A DNA stretch of 62,160 bases from Candidatus Buchananbacteria bacterium (GCA_030650095.1 JAUSEE010000062.1:1-62160); one strand, 5' to 3'. Counted from the first letter of the stretch, positions 1 through 9,775 are shown. Notes: generated from the letters alone by a model not told the origin. A program made the numbers and translations.

Positions 1-1
1 A

Positions 2-847
2 GTTTTAGATGCCAGTAGCGGATCAGGCGCCAAACTGGCTGATTATTTTTTTGTCCGGCTTAACTCCAAAATAATAAAAATGAATTTTAAAGCCGGTGAC
101 AAGTTTACAGATCACGGCCCTAATCCCATATTGCCGCAAAACCAAAAGCCGGCTATTTTAACAGTCAAAAAAAATAAAGCGGATATGGGCGTGATTTTTG
201 ACGGCGACGGGGACAGATGTATCTTTATTGATGAAAGAGGTGAATTTGTCCATCCTTATTATATGAATTGCCTCTTATCGGAATTAATCTTAAAAAAATA
301 TAAAAAGACAGCCATAGCCATGGACGCCAGACTAAGAATAGGCTTAAGTGAGACAATTAAAAAAGCCCAGGGCCAGCCTGTAGTGTGCCGTTCCGGCTAT
401 GCCAACTTAGTAAAATTAATGCAAGAGCAAAAGATTCTGTTTGGCTGTGAAAATTCCGGACATTATTTTTTCAACTTTAAAATCATTGATAAAAAAAGCA
501 ACTACATCTTTGGCGATGCGCTCATGCCCATATTGCTTGTCTTGGGCCATCTAAAAGAAAATAACATTCACCTGTCCGAGGCTACGGCTAAATTTAAAAA
601 ACAATATTTTATTTCCGGGGAAATAAATTACAAGGGAGTTAGTTTCTCCAGCTTAGAAAAAAAATTAGCCCGAAAATATTCCAGCTACAAAAGCGACGAT
701 CTTGACGGCTTATCCATTTACAGCCCGGATTGGTTTTTAAACATCCGTCCCTCTAAAACAGAGCCTCTTATCAGATTGAATATGGAAGCTAAAAATAAAA
801 GCGCACTCAGCCAAATAAAAAAAGAAGTGACTTCTCTCTTAAAATAA
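2..847 (+). CDS. Phosphoglucomutase/phosphomannomutase family protein, 5'-truncated by the window edge
   Basis: The frame is open from nt 2, with no stop before the listed Met at 80. Contains the Mg-binding loop GVIFDGDGDRCIF, the sugar-binding-like GCENSGHYFF and the phosphate-binding-like RPSKTEPLIRL. Confidence 0.85.
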   Translation, partial: VLDASSGSGAKLADYFFVRLNSKIIKMNFKAGDKFTDHGPNPILPQNQKPAILTVKKNKADMGVIFDGDGDRCIFIDERGEFVHPYYMNCLLSELILKKYKKTAIAMDARLRIGLSETIKKAQGQPVVCRSGYANLVKLMQEQKILFGCENSGHYFFNFKIIDKKSNYIFGDALMPILLVLGHLKENNIHLSEATAKFKKQYFISGEINYKGVSFSSLEKKLARKYSSYKSDDLDGLSIYSPDWFLNIRPSKTEPLIRLNMEAKNKSALSQIKKEVTSLLK

Positions 848-850
848 AAA

Positions 851-882
851 ACCGGAAATTGATATTTCCGGTCTATTTTTTT
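851..882 (+). terminator. Intrinsic terminator after the PGM/PMM gene; overlaps the 3' end of the convergent plsC
   Basis: Hairpin accggaaat-tgat-atttccggt followed by a T-run. Confidence 0.6.
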
Positions 883-1580
883 AATCCCTCCGAAGCTTGT
901 GATAAGACTTCCTGTAATTTAATTCTCACCTGCTCAGAAATAAGTTTGATTGATTCGCTTCTGCTTTCATTTGAAAGATCTTTAATTTTAATCGGCTGGC
1001 CGATAACTATGACTACTCGCTTGAATAATTTAGGAAACCGGCTGCCAATGGGCAGAATATCTTCCACGCCTCTTATGGCGACCGGCAACACAATGCCTTG
1101 CGCATGATAGGCTAAAACAATCGCGCCCCGACGCCAGGTATTTAATTTGCCGGATTTGGGCTGGCGGCTTCTGCCACCTTCGGGAAAAATCATCATGGAG
1201 CCGTCTTGCAATTTATCAATCAAGAGATCAAACTTCTCGATAAAATCGCCGCTGCCCCGATTGATGGGGATGCACTTGGATAAATCGCACAAAAGCGTTA
1301 AGAACCAATTCTTCTTCATGAAATTGCCTTCCTCCGGCAAATGCCAAGGAATCAAAGACGGCCGTATCATGGCCTTGGGCCAATAAATAGCTAAAGCCAG
1401 AAACCAGCTATCAATCACTGTCAGGTGATTGGCTACAATCAGGCAATTTTTCTGCCAAGGAATATTTTTCTTGCCAATGATGATGGTCCTATTTAGGATA
1501 TGGCAAAAGCACCAGAAAACTACACCGGTTAAAAACAAAATAACATAAGAAGCCACGGCCCTAAACTTGGAATAAATCAT
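873..1580 (-). CDS. plsC: 1-acyl-sn-glycerol-3-phosphate acyltransferase family protein
   Basis: N-terminal TM segment, HxxxxD acyltransferase motif (ANHLTVIDSW) and FPEGGRS motif. Confidence 0.8.
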   Translation of the reverse strand: MIYSKFRAVASYVILFLTGVVFWCFCHILNRTIIIGKKNIPWQKNCLIVANHLTVIDSWFLALAIYWPKAMIRPSLIPWHLPEEGNFMKKNWFLTLLCDLSKCIPINRGSGDFIEKFDLLIDKLQDGSMMIFPEGGRSRQPKSGKLNTWRRGAIVLAYHAQGIVLPVAIRGVEDILPIGSRFPKLFKRVVIVIGQPIKIKDLSNESRSESIKLISEQVRIKLQEVLSQASEGLKK

Positions 1581-1616
1581 GGCTTATCACCTCCTTTTTT
1601 AAAGTGCCAACTAAAT

Positions 1617-2567
1617 TTAACTGGCTAAACCGATTATCTCTTTTATTTCTAAAATTGTTTTGGTAGCAATTTTTTCAGCTTGTTTTTTGCCTTGAGCCAG
1701 TATCTTATTAACATAACTGCGGTTTTTTAGCAACTCCTGCTTCTTTTCTCTAAACGACGCAAAATGGTTATAAATCCCTGCAGCCATAACAGCTTTGGTT
1801 TCGCCCATTTTATCCGGCTTGAAATCACCGGCCATATCTTCTAAAAAAGATTCATAAATAGCTTTTAAATTCTCTATGCCTTCAGCGGTGCTAACGGCTT
1901 TTTTAATCTTATCCAATATTTTTTCCTTTGATTCATCTATGCCCAGAAAGTGTTTAGCGCCCAAAGATTTGGACATCTTTTTTTCCGGATCAGCTAAACT
2001 CATCACCCTGGCAGATTTGGTCAGAAGCGGTTTGGCCTCCGGCAAATAATCAGTTTGATATTTATGATTGAACCATCTGGCAATGTCCCTGGTTAATTCT
2101 ACATGCTGGATTTGATCTTCGCCTACCGGCACCAGGACGCCTTTGTAAATTAAAATATCAGCGGCTTGAAGCACGGGATAATCAAACAAGCCCATATTGA
2201 TATTTTTTAATTGGCGCGAAGCTTTATCCTTGAATTGCGTCATTCTTTCAAGTTCTGACACGGGCGTAATTGTGTTAAATACCCAAGCCAGTTCGGTGCA
2301 GGCCGGCACCTGCGATTGGATAAAAAAAACAGACTTCCGGGGATCCAAGCCGGCAGCCAGGCAGTCCACGGCTAAATTAAAAATCTGCTCTTTTTTTTCT
2401 TTGGGGTCGTAATTTTCAGTTATAGAATGATAATCGGCTATAAAAAACAAGCAGTCGTATTTGCCGCTGTTTTGTATCTCAACCCAATTCTTTAAAGCTC
2501 CTAAATAATTTCCGATATGCAACTGCCCGCTGGGCTGGATGCCGGAAACCACTGTTTGTTTATTCAT
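1617..2567 (-). CDS. trpS: Tryptophanyl-tRNA synthetase
   Basis: Class I aaRS of TrpRS size (316 aa). HIGH-type motif (GQLHIGNYLGA) and KMSKS present. Confidence 0.95.
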   Translation of the reverse strand: MNKQTVVSGIQPSGQLHIGNYLGALKNWVEIQNSGKYDCLFFIADYHSITENYDPKEKKEQIFNLAVDCLAAGLDPRKSVFFIQSQVPACTELAWVFNTITPVSELERMTQFKDKASRQLKNINMGLFDYPVLQAADILIYKGVLVPVGEDQIQHVELTRDIARWFNHKYQTDYLPEAKPLLTKSARVMSLADPEKKMSKSLGAKHFLGIDESKEKILDKIKKAVSTAEGIENLKAIYESFLEDMAGDFKPDKMGETKAVMAAGIYNHFASFREKKQELLKNRSYVNKILAQGKKQAEKIATKTILEIKEIIGLAS

Positions 2568-2601
2568 AATAAGTGACTTATTATAAAGCCTTGATTTAAT
2601 A

Positions 2602-2840
2602 AACCCGACCCCGCTCTAAAGAGCGGGGTACCCGCCTGCCTACGCCTACCTTAATTTATTAATTAAGGTATTGGGTTTGCGTAAAACTAATTTGTTTTTA
2701 AGAAAAAATAGGGACGGCAATGGCGGGCAGGTCTGGGCGGTTTCAAATGGAAGGTGTCGGCTCCGCCGACGTATTTTTCCTCACACTGCCCTTCATCCCC
2801 TGGCTTAAAAGCCAGGGGTATTCGGGCAGCAACATTATAA
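2602..2840 (+). repeat. Structured repeat family, copy A (forward orientation, carries a ~101-nt internal insertion at 2631-2731)
   Basis: Shares aacccgaccccgctctaaagagcgggg ... ggcggtttcaaatggaaggtgtcggctccgccgac ... ctgcccttcatcccctggcttaaaagccagggg ... gggcagcaacattataaa with copies B-E. Confidence 0.85.
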
Positions 2841-2857
2841 ATAGTCTACCAAAATAA

Positions 2858-2886
2858 TTGACAAAAAACAAGCCGGTATTTAAACT
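2858..2886 (+). promoter_or_regulatory. Sigma70-type promoter for the small ORF at 2917
   Basis: TTGACA (2858-2863), 17-nt spacer, TAAACT (2881-2886). Confidence 0.5.
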
Positions 2887-2916
2887 ATAAGCAACGTCAT
2901 TGAAAGGAGAGGAATT

Positions 2917-3090
2917 ATGCAATTCCCAACCTGTCCTCACGGCCCAGAAAAAATGGATATCGCTTGCTTTAAGATGGTAGAAGGATATTTAATCATGGTT
3001 TATTACTGCGATACTTGCAACGATGAGTTCTTTAGAGAGCCAACTGAATCAGAAATAAATCAAGCTAAGAATTTGGCCCTAATCAAATGA
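2917..3090 (+). CDS. Small Cys-rich (zinc-ribbon-like) protein, 57 aa; below the ORF-track length cutoff
   Basis: SD aaaggagagg lies 5-6 nt upstream of the ATG. Translation is MQFPTCPHGPEKMDIACFKMVEGYLIMVYYCDTCNDEFFREPTESEINQAKNLALIK, with CPH...C...CDTC spacing. A clean terminator follows. Confidence 0.55.
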   Translation: MQFPTCPHGPEKMDIACFKMVEGYLIMVYYCDTCNDEFFREPTESEINQAKNLALIK

Positions 3091-3093
3091 AAG

Positions 3094-3121
3094 CAGGCAG
3101 TTTTAAAACTGCCTTTTTTTA
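3094..3121 (+). terminator. Intrinsic terminator
   Basis: Hairpin ggcag-ttttaaaa-ctgcc followed by T8. Confidence 0.7.
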
Positions 3122-3243
3122 TCAAATGGCATTTATCAACAGAAAAACCGCCCATGTTCTTGATATAATTATAGTTTTAAAGTATAATTGATTGTAAAAG
3201 TTCCTTGAAAAGACTTTATTAATTAATAAAAAGATAAAAAGAA

Positions 3244-3633
3244 ATGAAAATTTCTGCCTTACGCTTGCTTTACAGAAAGCAACAGGCGTGGGGACTGACA
3301 GCAAGTATTGACTTGTCTGGATGCGACCATGAACTCATTCAATCGCCGAAAGCGATAAAACATTTCGTAACAGAAATGATTACTTCGATTAACATGAAAA
3401 CCCATGGCCCAATGCACTTGGAAAGATTTGCCGAGGGACATTTGGAAGGTTATTCAGTAATGCAATTTCTGGAGACGTCGTCTCTAACAATTCACTTTGA
3501 TCATATGATCAAAGACCGGGCTTTTATTGATATTTTTAGCTGTAAGTTTTTCGACCCGATCAAAGCCGAGAAATTTTCCAAGGAGTATTTCAAAGCTAAA
3601 AAAGCCAGAACCAAAACACTCATCCGTTATTAA
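3244..3633 (+). CDS. S-adenosylmethionine decarboxylase-like (SpeH/class 1 pyruvoyl enzyme family) protein
   Basis: Small size (129 aa). LETSSLTIHFD resembles the E-S self-cleavage site followed by the IHT motif of class 1 AdoMetDC. Assigned by motif resemblance only. Confidence 0.55.
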   Translation: MKISALRLLYRKQQAWGLTASIDLSGCDHELIQSPKAIKHFVTEMITSINMKTHGPMHLERFAEGHLEGYSVMQFLETSSLTIHFDHMIKDRAFIDIFSCKFFDPIKAEKFSKEYFKAKKARTKTLIRY

Positions 3634-3650
3634 ATATAACAAAACAAAAA

Positions 3651-3684
3651 ACAGCCCCGCCTTGGCGGGACTGTTTTTTGTTTT
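3651..3684 (+). terminator. Intrinsic, probably bidirectional terminator between convergent genes
   Basis: Hairpin cagccccgcc-ttg-gcgggactg flanked by an A-run and a T-run. Confidence 0.6.
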
Positions 3685-3693
3685 AAAAAGTGA

Positions 3694-4341
3694 TTATTTC
3701 CTGACTATCCATAAATCCTTCCAATGACCGGTTTTCATATCCCGTTTGATGAAAATCAAAGACAAACTGCCTAATAAATTGAAAATCATCACCAGGAAAA
3801 AAACCCATTTAAAACCCAGGTAATAAGCCAGGCTGCCGCCAATGGCGCCAGTGGCTGCCGCACCGATATCGGTTAAGGTGTAATAAACGCCCAATTCCGT
3901 TCCTTCTTTATTCTTATCCAAATGGCGATGGAAGATAGCCATATAGGCCGGGAAGGTGGTAGCTGTCACAATGCCGTAAACCGCTTGGATAAAATAAAGC
4001 TGGGGCACTGTTTTAACAAAAATATAACCTAGGGGGATAAGCGACATAATAATGGAACCGATGAAAACAACCCAGAAATCATCTTTCTCCCCTTTTATCT
4101 TATCAATTAAGGTGGCGATGGGAATTTGAGTCAGGCTTTTGGTAATCAAGAATATGGTTACAGCAATGCCGGCCACTTGGATATTAGCGCCTTCGATATA
4201 ATCAGTTATGAAAACAGCAAAGATGGGCGCGAGGAGTCCATAGCTGCCAATGACAACCAAATCAGAAATAATCATCCAACGAATAACATTATTAAAATTA
4301 AGCATTAAATAATTACGCCAGCCTGTTTTCTTCCCATCCAT
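3694..4341 (-). CDS. Six-TM membrane protein resembling one half of an MFS transporter
   Basis: About 6 hydrophobic segments. The loop IDKIKGEKDD sits where MFS motif A would be. No second half is adjacent. Confidence 0.55.
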   Translation of the reverse strand: MDGKKTGWRNYLMLNFNNVIRWMIISDLVVIGSYGLLAPIFAVFITDYIEGANIQVAGIAVTIFLITKSLTQIPIATLIDKIKGEKDDFWVVFIGSIIMSLIPLGYIFVKTVPQLYFIQAVYGIVTATTFPAYMAIFHRHLDKNKEGTELGVYYTLTDIGAAATGAIGGSLAYYLGFKWVFFLVMIFNLLGSLSLIFIKRDMKTGHWKDLWIVRK

Positions 4342-4543
4342 TTTTTTAAAAGTTAATTATTAAACTTCAATAATAACCCCGATCATAATTCCAATGATGT
4401 TTAGTGATGATAAACTACAGCTCTTAAGAATCGCCTTCGGCTTACTTTCTTTTTGATCTATATTTATTGTGGAATTACAACGGGGCGAGATAATGTATTA
4501 AATGAAATTTTTTCCAATAATCAATAATATTTATTCGATGCCC

Positions 4544-6496
4544 CTACACTTCAATAATAACCGGCAAAATCATAGGCCGCTTTTCGGTTTTTTGGAATAA
4601 GAATTTGCCTATTTCATTCCTAAGTTTTTCCCTGATGATTTGTTCGTCGGGAGATGTTTTGGAACTATGATCTTTTAATATTTTTTTAGCCTTTTGCCTG
4701 GTCATCTCGATCAGTTTTTTGTTTTCTTTCATATAAACAAAGCCTCGAGAAATCAAATCCGGATTATGGATTAATTCGCCCGTCTTCCGGCTAATGGTGG
4801 CTATTATAACCAACATGCCGTCTTCGGCCATCATTTGCCTATCGCGCAAAATAACGTTATGGCTATCGGAAATGCCCAAGCCGTCCACAAAAACATAATC
4901 AGTGACGGCTTTTTTGGTGGATATATAGCCGCCTTTTTTACTGAACTCTATAATGGTGCCGTTATTAGGCACGAATATTTTATCTTTTTTAAAGCCACTA
5001 GCCAAAGCCAACTTCTCGGCTTCTTTAAGTATATAATGGTTAGCATAAACCGGGATATAATAATCCGGTTTAACAGTGTTTAAAATATAAATAATATCAT
5101 CCCTATTGCCATGTCCGGAAATATGGATATCCATCAGATTGCCGTGGATAACATTATCGCACTGGCGATATAAATTATCTTTCAGCCTTTGGATTGTCCT
5201 TTCATTACCCGGAATAATAGAAGAAGACAGGACTACGGTGTCGTTCTTTCTTAATTTAATGCTCCTGTGGCTGCCATCGATGATACGTGATAAGACGGCA
5301 TTGCTTTCGCCTTGAGCGCCTGTACACAGCACTACCACTTTGTTATCAGGATAATCAGCTAGCTGTTCGGTTTTAATAATTGTGCCTTTGCCTGCCTTGA
5401 TATAGCCAAGTTTTTGGGCAATTTCCACATTCATCTTCATGCTATAGCCGTCTAAAGCCACTTTCTTGCCTAATTCCTGAACCATGGAAATAATCCAGCC
5501 GATTCTTTCAATTTGAGAAGAAAAGGTGCCAATAATCAAACGGCCGGGCGCTTCGGCAATTATTTTTCTTAAATTCTTTTTCATTTCTTCGCTATTAGTG
5601 CTGGGTTTGAAATTAATAGCTCCCAAACTTTCTAGCATCAATATTTTGGGACTGGGCAAACTAGCCAAATGCTTGTAATCCACCAGTGGCTGGTTGTTGT
5701 TATTTCTTTCCATCGTCCAATCACCGGGATGGATAACAGTTCCTGGCGGCGTTCTAAGTATAACGCCCACGGCATCCATGATAGAATGCTCAATTTGGAA
5801 AAAGCCCACCTGAAAAGCTCCCAATTTCAAGCGATCGCTGATTTTATTTATGACAATAGTTTTTAATTTTTTGGAGCTGTCTTTTTTATAATCTTCCAAA
5901 CGGTGCTTGATCATAGCCAAAGTCATATTCATGCCTATAACCGTAGGATAACCCAGCTTTTCCAAAAGTATGGGAGCCGCTCCGATATGATCTAGGTGTC
6001 CATGGGAAAATATAACCGCTCTAATGTTCTTTTCGCGTCCTTTTAGATAATCAGAATTAGGGATTATATAATCTATGCCCGGCATGTCTTCTTCGGGAAA
6101 TTGAATGCCCATATCCAAAATCACGATATCTCCACGATATTCAAATACAGTCATATTACGGCCAACCTCTTCACAACCGCCGATAGGTATTATTTTTAAA
6201 ACATCTTCGCCGCCTCTGGCTATTTGTGGCCTGAGCTGCGGCGTTTTACTTACTGGAGCCGGCCTGTACCTATTGTCTTTGCCGGTATTTGAATTAATAT
6301 CACCCAGTAGCTTATCTTCATAAGCGGCAACCGGTGATTTAGGAACATTTTTAGTTATTTGATGTTGGCTGGAAATATCTTGTGAATAGTTCCCAGGTTT
6401 TTTAGAAACTGTTTTCTTATACGGGTTTCTATGTCTGCGTCTTATATTCTTGCTGTTAGCTCCTATATTTTGACGACTTTTTTCTTCATTACTCAT
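4544..6496 (-). CDS. rnj: Ribonuclease J with a ~95-aa basic N-terminal extension
   Basis: Metallo-beta-lactamase motif HGHLDHIG, beta-CASP and C-terminal domains collinear with RNase J. The canonical start region LKIIPIGG lies about 95 aa in. Confidence 0.9.
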   Translation of the reverse strand: MSNEEKSRQNIGANSKNIRRRHRNPYKKTVSKKPGNYSQDISSQHQITKNVPKSPVAAYEDKLLGDINSNTGKDNRYRPAPVSKTPQLRPQIARGGEDVLKIIPIGGCEEVGRNMTVFEYRGDIVILDMGIQFPEEDMPGIDYIIPNSDYLKGREKNIRAVIFSHGHLDHIGAAPILLEKLGYPTVIGMNMTLAMIKHRLEDYKKDSSKKLKTIVINKISDRLKLGAFQVGFFQIEHSIMDAVGVILRTPPGTVIHPGDWTMERNNNNQPLVDYKHLASLPSPKILMLESLGAINFKPSTNSEEMKKNLRKIIAEAPGRLIIGTFSSQIERIGWIISMVQELGKKVALDGYSMKMNVEIAQKLGYIKAGKGTIIKTEQLADYPDNKVVVLCTGAQGESNAVLSRIIDGSHRSIKLRKNDTVVLSSSIIPGNERTIQRLKDNLYRQCDNVIHGNLMDIHISGHGNRDDIIYILNTVKPDYYIPVYANHYILKEAEKLALASGFKKDKIFVPNNGTIIEFSKKGGYISTKKAVTDYVFVDGLGISDSHNVILRDRQMMAEDGMLVIIATISRKTGELIHNPDLISRGFVYMKENKKLIEMTRQKAKKILKDHSSKTSPDEQIIREKLRNEIGKFLFQKTEKRPMILPVIIEV

Positions 6497-6694
6497 TTTA
6501 TTTAATTGTTAATATCAGCTTTAAAAGCTGACCCTAAAAGGGATTTTAATTAATTTTATCAATCTAATTTAAGATTGATGCTTGTAGTTTAATAGGAAAA
6601 TTTTCCTATTTTACTGGGCCAGATATCTGACCAACGGAAAATGGCTGCATCCTACGGCAATTTATCCGCTCTTATCGCTCTATTTTATAATTTA

Positions 6695-6778
6695 TGCCGA
6701 AAGAGGGATTTGAACCCTCACGGATTTTAATCCACAGCATCCTGAATGCTGCGTGTCTGCCAGTTCCACCATTTCGGC
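6695..6778 (-). tRNA. tRNA-Leu (anticodon CAG), class II with long variable arm, no encoded CCA
   Basis: Folded by hand. Acceptor GCCGAAA/UUUCGGC; D arm GUG...CAC; anticodon stem CAGCA/UGCUG with loop UUCAGGA; variable arm GGAUU-AAA-AUCC; T arm GAGGG-UUCAAAU-CCCUC; discriminator A. Confidence 0.9.
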
Positions 6779-6829
6779 TTGATTTTAGAAACGCGCTCGC
6801 CTGTCAGAAGGCAGATATAAATGCATTCA

Positions 6830-8659
6830 TTATTTCCAAATACGCTTGGTTTTAATAAACCATTCAAAAAGATTGGAAAAGCGATCGGCTGGAACCGCTA
6901 TATTATATAAATCAAATCCTTGGATAATCTTATCCTGAGGATAGGTATAAGTGGCGTTAAAAAGAGAGATAGCCGGCAACTCTTCAGCAATAATTTTTTG
7001 GAACTCCAAATATTTCTCTTTTCTTTCTTCCCAATTATTGCTTCTTCTGGCATCTTCCAAAAGCTTGTCAACTTTTTTATCGGTAAAAATAGCTAGATTC
7101 AATCCGGGATATTCATTCTGCGATGAATGCCAAAAAGGAAAGGGATCGGGATCGGTACCCAGATTTTCAGAAAATAAAAGCGATTCATAATTGCGCGTCT
7201 TAATGACATCCTGCAATATCTTTGATTTATCAACTATATCCAAATTGATGCTAAAGCCTACCTGCTCCAAAGATTTTTTTATAAGTTCGGCTGTTTGAAC
7301 ATTAACCGGCTGATCGACAGTAGTGAGTTTCAACTCCAAATACCAACCCTTTTTTTGGCGCATCTGTTTGGTAATGCCATCACTGGTGGTAGTAGAAATT
7401 GTCTGCCAGCCGTTTTTCTCCAAAAGCTGGACAGCTGCCTCCGGATCATAATCATATTTTTTTACGTCTGGATTGCTGATTATGCCCGGCAAGCTAGGGG
7501 CTTCGGCAATACGGCCTTCGCTGTTGAAAATATCCCTAACTATGGTTTTCTTATCTATAGCCAAAGCAATCGCCTGCCTGATGTAATCAGCGCTTAGTAG
7601 TGAATTATTGCTCTGGTTTAGAAATAAGCCTGTATACTGCGGCTGATCCAAATTATGATAATTCAAATTTTTGTATTTTTCCAAATCAGCCCGAAATTCT
7701 TTAGGCAAATAGGCAATGCCTTGTACATCCTTGCTCTTGAGAGCATCGACCAATGAATTAAAATCAACATAAAATTTAAAAATTAGCCTGTCCAAATAAG
7801 GCTTGTCGCCATAATAACCATTATTTTTGACCAAGGTGTATGATTTAATGACGCCAATTTTATCTTTACTGAACTTGCCAAATTTCCAAGCGCCGGTTCC
7901 TATAGGAGCCCGGTTAAGCTCGGTTAAAGTAGCATTGGCCGGTGGAATGCCATACCATAAATGTTCCGGTAGAATGCCGAAAGTCAAAAGACTTAAAAAA
8001 GGCGCGAACGGCTCTTTTAAGATAAACCGAACCGTATTATCATCAACTTTTTCGGCCGTAATGCCTATGAAACTTCTAGACAAAGAACTGTTAAACTCGG
8101 GATCTTGAATGGAAGCCACAGTAAAGACAACATCATCGGCATTAAATTTTTCACCATCATGCCAAAAGGCATCCTGCCCTAAATGAAAAGTATAAGTTAG
8201 CTGATCTTCCGATATTTCATAGCTCTGCGCTAAATCGGCAACTAACTGCCTATTTTTGTCATATTTTAAAAGACCGGAGAAAATTAAACTGGACAGATCC
8301 TTGTCCACATCGGTTTGGGCTAATATCGGATTTATAAATCTAGGTGAACCGACCAAGCCTTCAATATATTCACCGCCGGCTTTAGGCACGGAAACGGTAG
8401 CCAAAAAATAACCATTGACCAAAAATATAACCAAAGCGGCGAGTATAATAAGAGATAGGCCGCCGATTCGTTGGCGTTCGTGCTTTTTTAGAACTTTGGG
8501 CAAATAACGCAATTGTTTCAGACTGGGAAATTTTGATTTATTTAAAACACTCACCAATTGCTTGTCCCAATGGTGTTGCTTTTGAAATTTTCTTAAGCTT
8601 TTTTTCTGATGGGAGAAATAATCTAATATTTTTTTTCCCCAAGAAGATAATAGTTCCAC
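6830..8659 (-). CDS. ABC transporter substrate-binding protein, family 5 (peptide/nickel type), N-terminal TM anchor
   Basis: Length and sequence are typical of SBP_bac_5 proteins, and a long N-terminal region carries one TM helix. No permease or ATPase genes are adjacent. Confidence 0.8.
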   Translation of the reverse strand: MELLSSWGKKILDYFSHQKKSLRKFQKQHHWDKQLVSVLNKSKFPSLKQLRYLPKVLKKHERQRIGGLSLIILAALVIFLVNGYFLATVSVPKAGGEYIEGLVGSPRFINPILAQTDVDKDLSSLIFSGLLKYDKNRQLVADLAQSYEISEDQLTYTFHLGQDAFWHDGEKFNADDVVFTVASIQDPEFNSSLSRSFIGITAEKVDDNTVRFILKEPFAPFLSLLTFGILPEHLWYGIPPANATLTELNRAPIGTGAWKFGKFSKDKIGVIKSYTLVKNNGYYGDKPYLDRLIFKFYVDFNSLVDALKSKDVQGIAYLPKEFRADLEKYKNLNYHNLDQPQYTGLFLNQSNNSLLSADYIRQAIALAIDKKTIVRDIFNSEGRIAEAPSLPGIISNPDVKKYDYDPEAAVQLLEKNGWQTISTTTSDGITKQMRQKKGWYLELKLTTVDQPVNVQTAELIKKSLEQVGFSINLDIVDKSKILQDVIKTRNYESLLFSENLGTDPDPFPFWHSSQNEYPGLNLAIFTDKKVDKLLEDARRSNNWEERKEKYLEFQKIIAEELPAISLFNATYTYPQDKIIQGFDLYNIAVPADRFSNLFEWFIKTKRIWK

Positions 8660-8678
8660 TGTAACTTAGATCTGTATT

Positions 8679-8888
8679 TTAAAATAAAATATTTACAAAA
8701 GCGGTAATAAAAAATACTACAGCTAGTATAATAGTCAATTGAAATAAAACTTTTTCCACGCTTCTTCTAGAACGATAAACATTGCCTTCGCCGCCAAAAG
8801 CAGCCCCTAGGCCAGAGCCTCTGTTTTGGAGGATAATAACAATTATAAGGGCAATGGCAGAAACTATCTGGACAATATCTATGATCAT
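8679..8888 (-). CDS. secG: Preprotein translocase subunit SecG
   Basis: 69 aa, two TM helices, central LQNRGSGLGAAFGG motif. Confidence 0.8.
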   Translation of the reverse strand: MIIDIVQIVSAIALIIVIILQNRGSGLGAAFGGEGNVYRSRRSVEKVLFQLTIILAVVFFITAFVNILF

Positions 8889-9037
8889 AATTAAATGATT
8901 TAATTTAAATAATTAAAGAGCGTTTCCCTCCAAAAACGCTAGATATGTTATCTCTTATTACTATTATGATATCACACTTTAGCTCTAAAGTCAATTACTG
9001 GGATATTTAAAGAGATGTGTTATAATTAATTTATCTT

Positions 9038-9772
9038 ATGTTAATACCCATAAATAACCAAGAAAACTGGCTAAATCGCTCAGCTTTATGGCTCAAAAAA
9101 AAGTGGACCGTAGCTCTTATTGTAATTATTATCTTGTTGATAGTTTTAATCGCTCTAATTTTCCTCTCCGGCGACCAGTCCAAAAATAACCAGCCGACTT
9201 TAATTAATATAACCAATAATCTCCCGGCTAGCGACCCCAAAAGGCAGATGGCGGAAAAGAGAGACCGGCCTCATTTTGGCAATGAAAATGCCAAACTGGT
9301 TATAGTGGAATTTTCTGATTTCCAATGCCCGGTCTGCCAAGCCCAATTTCCGACAATCAGGGAAATTGTAAATAAATATAAAGATGATATTTTTTTTATC
9401 TACAGGCAATACCCTATTATTAATGACAACTCCCCTGTGGTTTCCATGGCTTCTTTGTGCGCCTACGAACAAGATAAATTCTGGCCCATGCATGACAGAT
9501 TATTTCTAAACCCCAGTGATAATTTTTCCGGTGACGACCTAAAAAATATCGCTAGGCAGTCCGGTCTCGACCTGGAGAAATTCAACAGTTGTTTGACATC
9601 GGAGAAATATAAAAATATGGTTACAGAGGATACCCGTGACGGATTTGACCTGGGAGTTCCGGGCACGCCGACTTTTTTCATAAATGGCGATAGGCTAAGC
9701 GGCAATATTTCCAAAGAAAATTGGGATATTATAATCAGCCAATCATTAAAATTGTTAAATAACCAGAAATAG
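9038..9772 (+). CDS. DsbA-family thiol:disulfide oxidoreductase, membrane anchored
   Basis: N-terminal TM helix, thioredoxin-fold CPVC active site (FSDFQCPVCQ), DsbA-like C-terminal part. Confidence 0.85.
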   Translation: MLIPINNQENWLNRSALWLKKKWTVALIVIIILLIVLIALIFLSGDQSKNNQPTLINITNNLPASDPKRQMAEKRDRPHFGNENAKLVIVEFSDFQCPVCQAQFPTIREIVNKYKDDIFFIYRQYPIINDNSPVVSMASLCAYEQDKFWPMHDRLFLNPSDNFSGDDLKNIARQSGLDLEKFNSCLTSEKYKNMVTEDTRDGFDLGVPGTPTFFINGDRLSGNISKENWDIIISQSLKLLNNQK

Positions 9773-9775
9773 TAT

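Noticed and set aside
2743-2940. ORFs in the six-frame track that cross the structured repeats (2743-2940, 50035-50229, 50062-50283, 54836-55021, also 19406-19630).
   Set aside because: They are translations of palindromic repeat DNA (peptides such as PLAFKPGDEGQCE.KYVGGADTFHLKPPRYP recur on whichever strand is open). They have no SD, and their sequence tracks repeat orientation.
4358-4400. 16-bp direct repeat of the RNase J 3' end (acttcaataataacc at ~4362 and ~4546), giving a tiny ORF that ends ...MIGVIIEV like RNase J's ...PVIIEV.
   Set aside because: It is too short to distinguish remnant duplication from chance in AT-rich DNA. There is no SD or promoter evidence.
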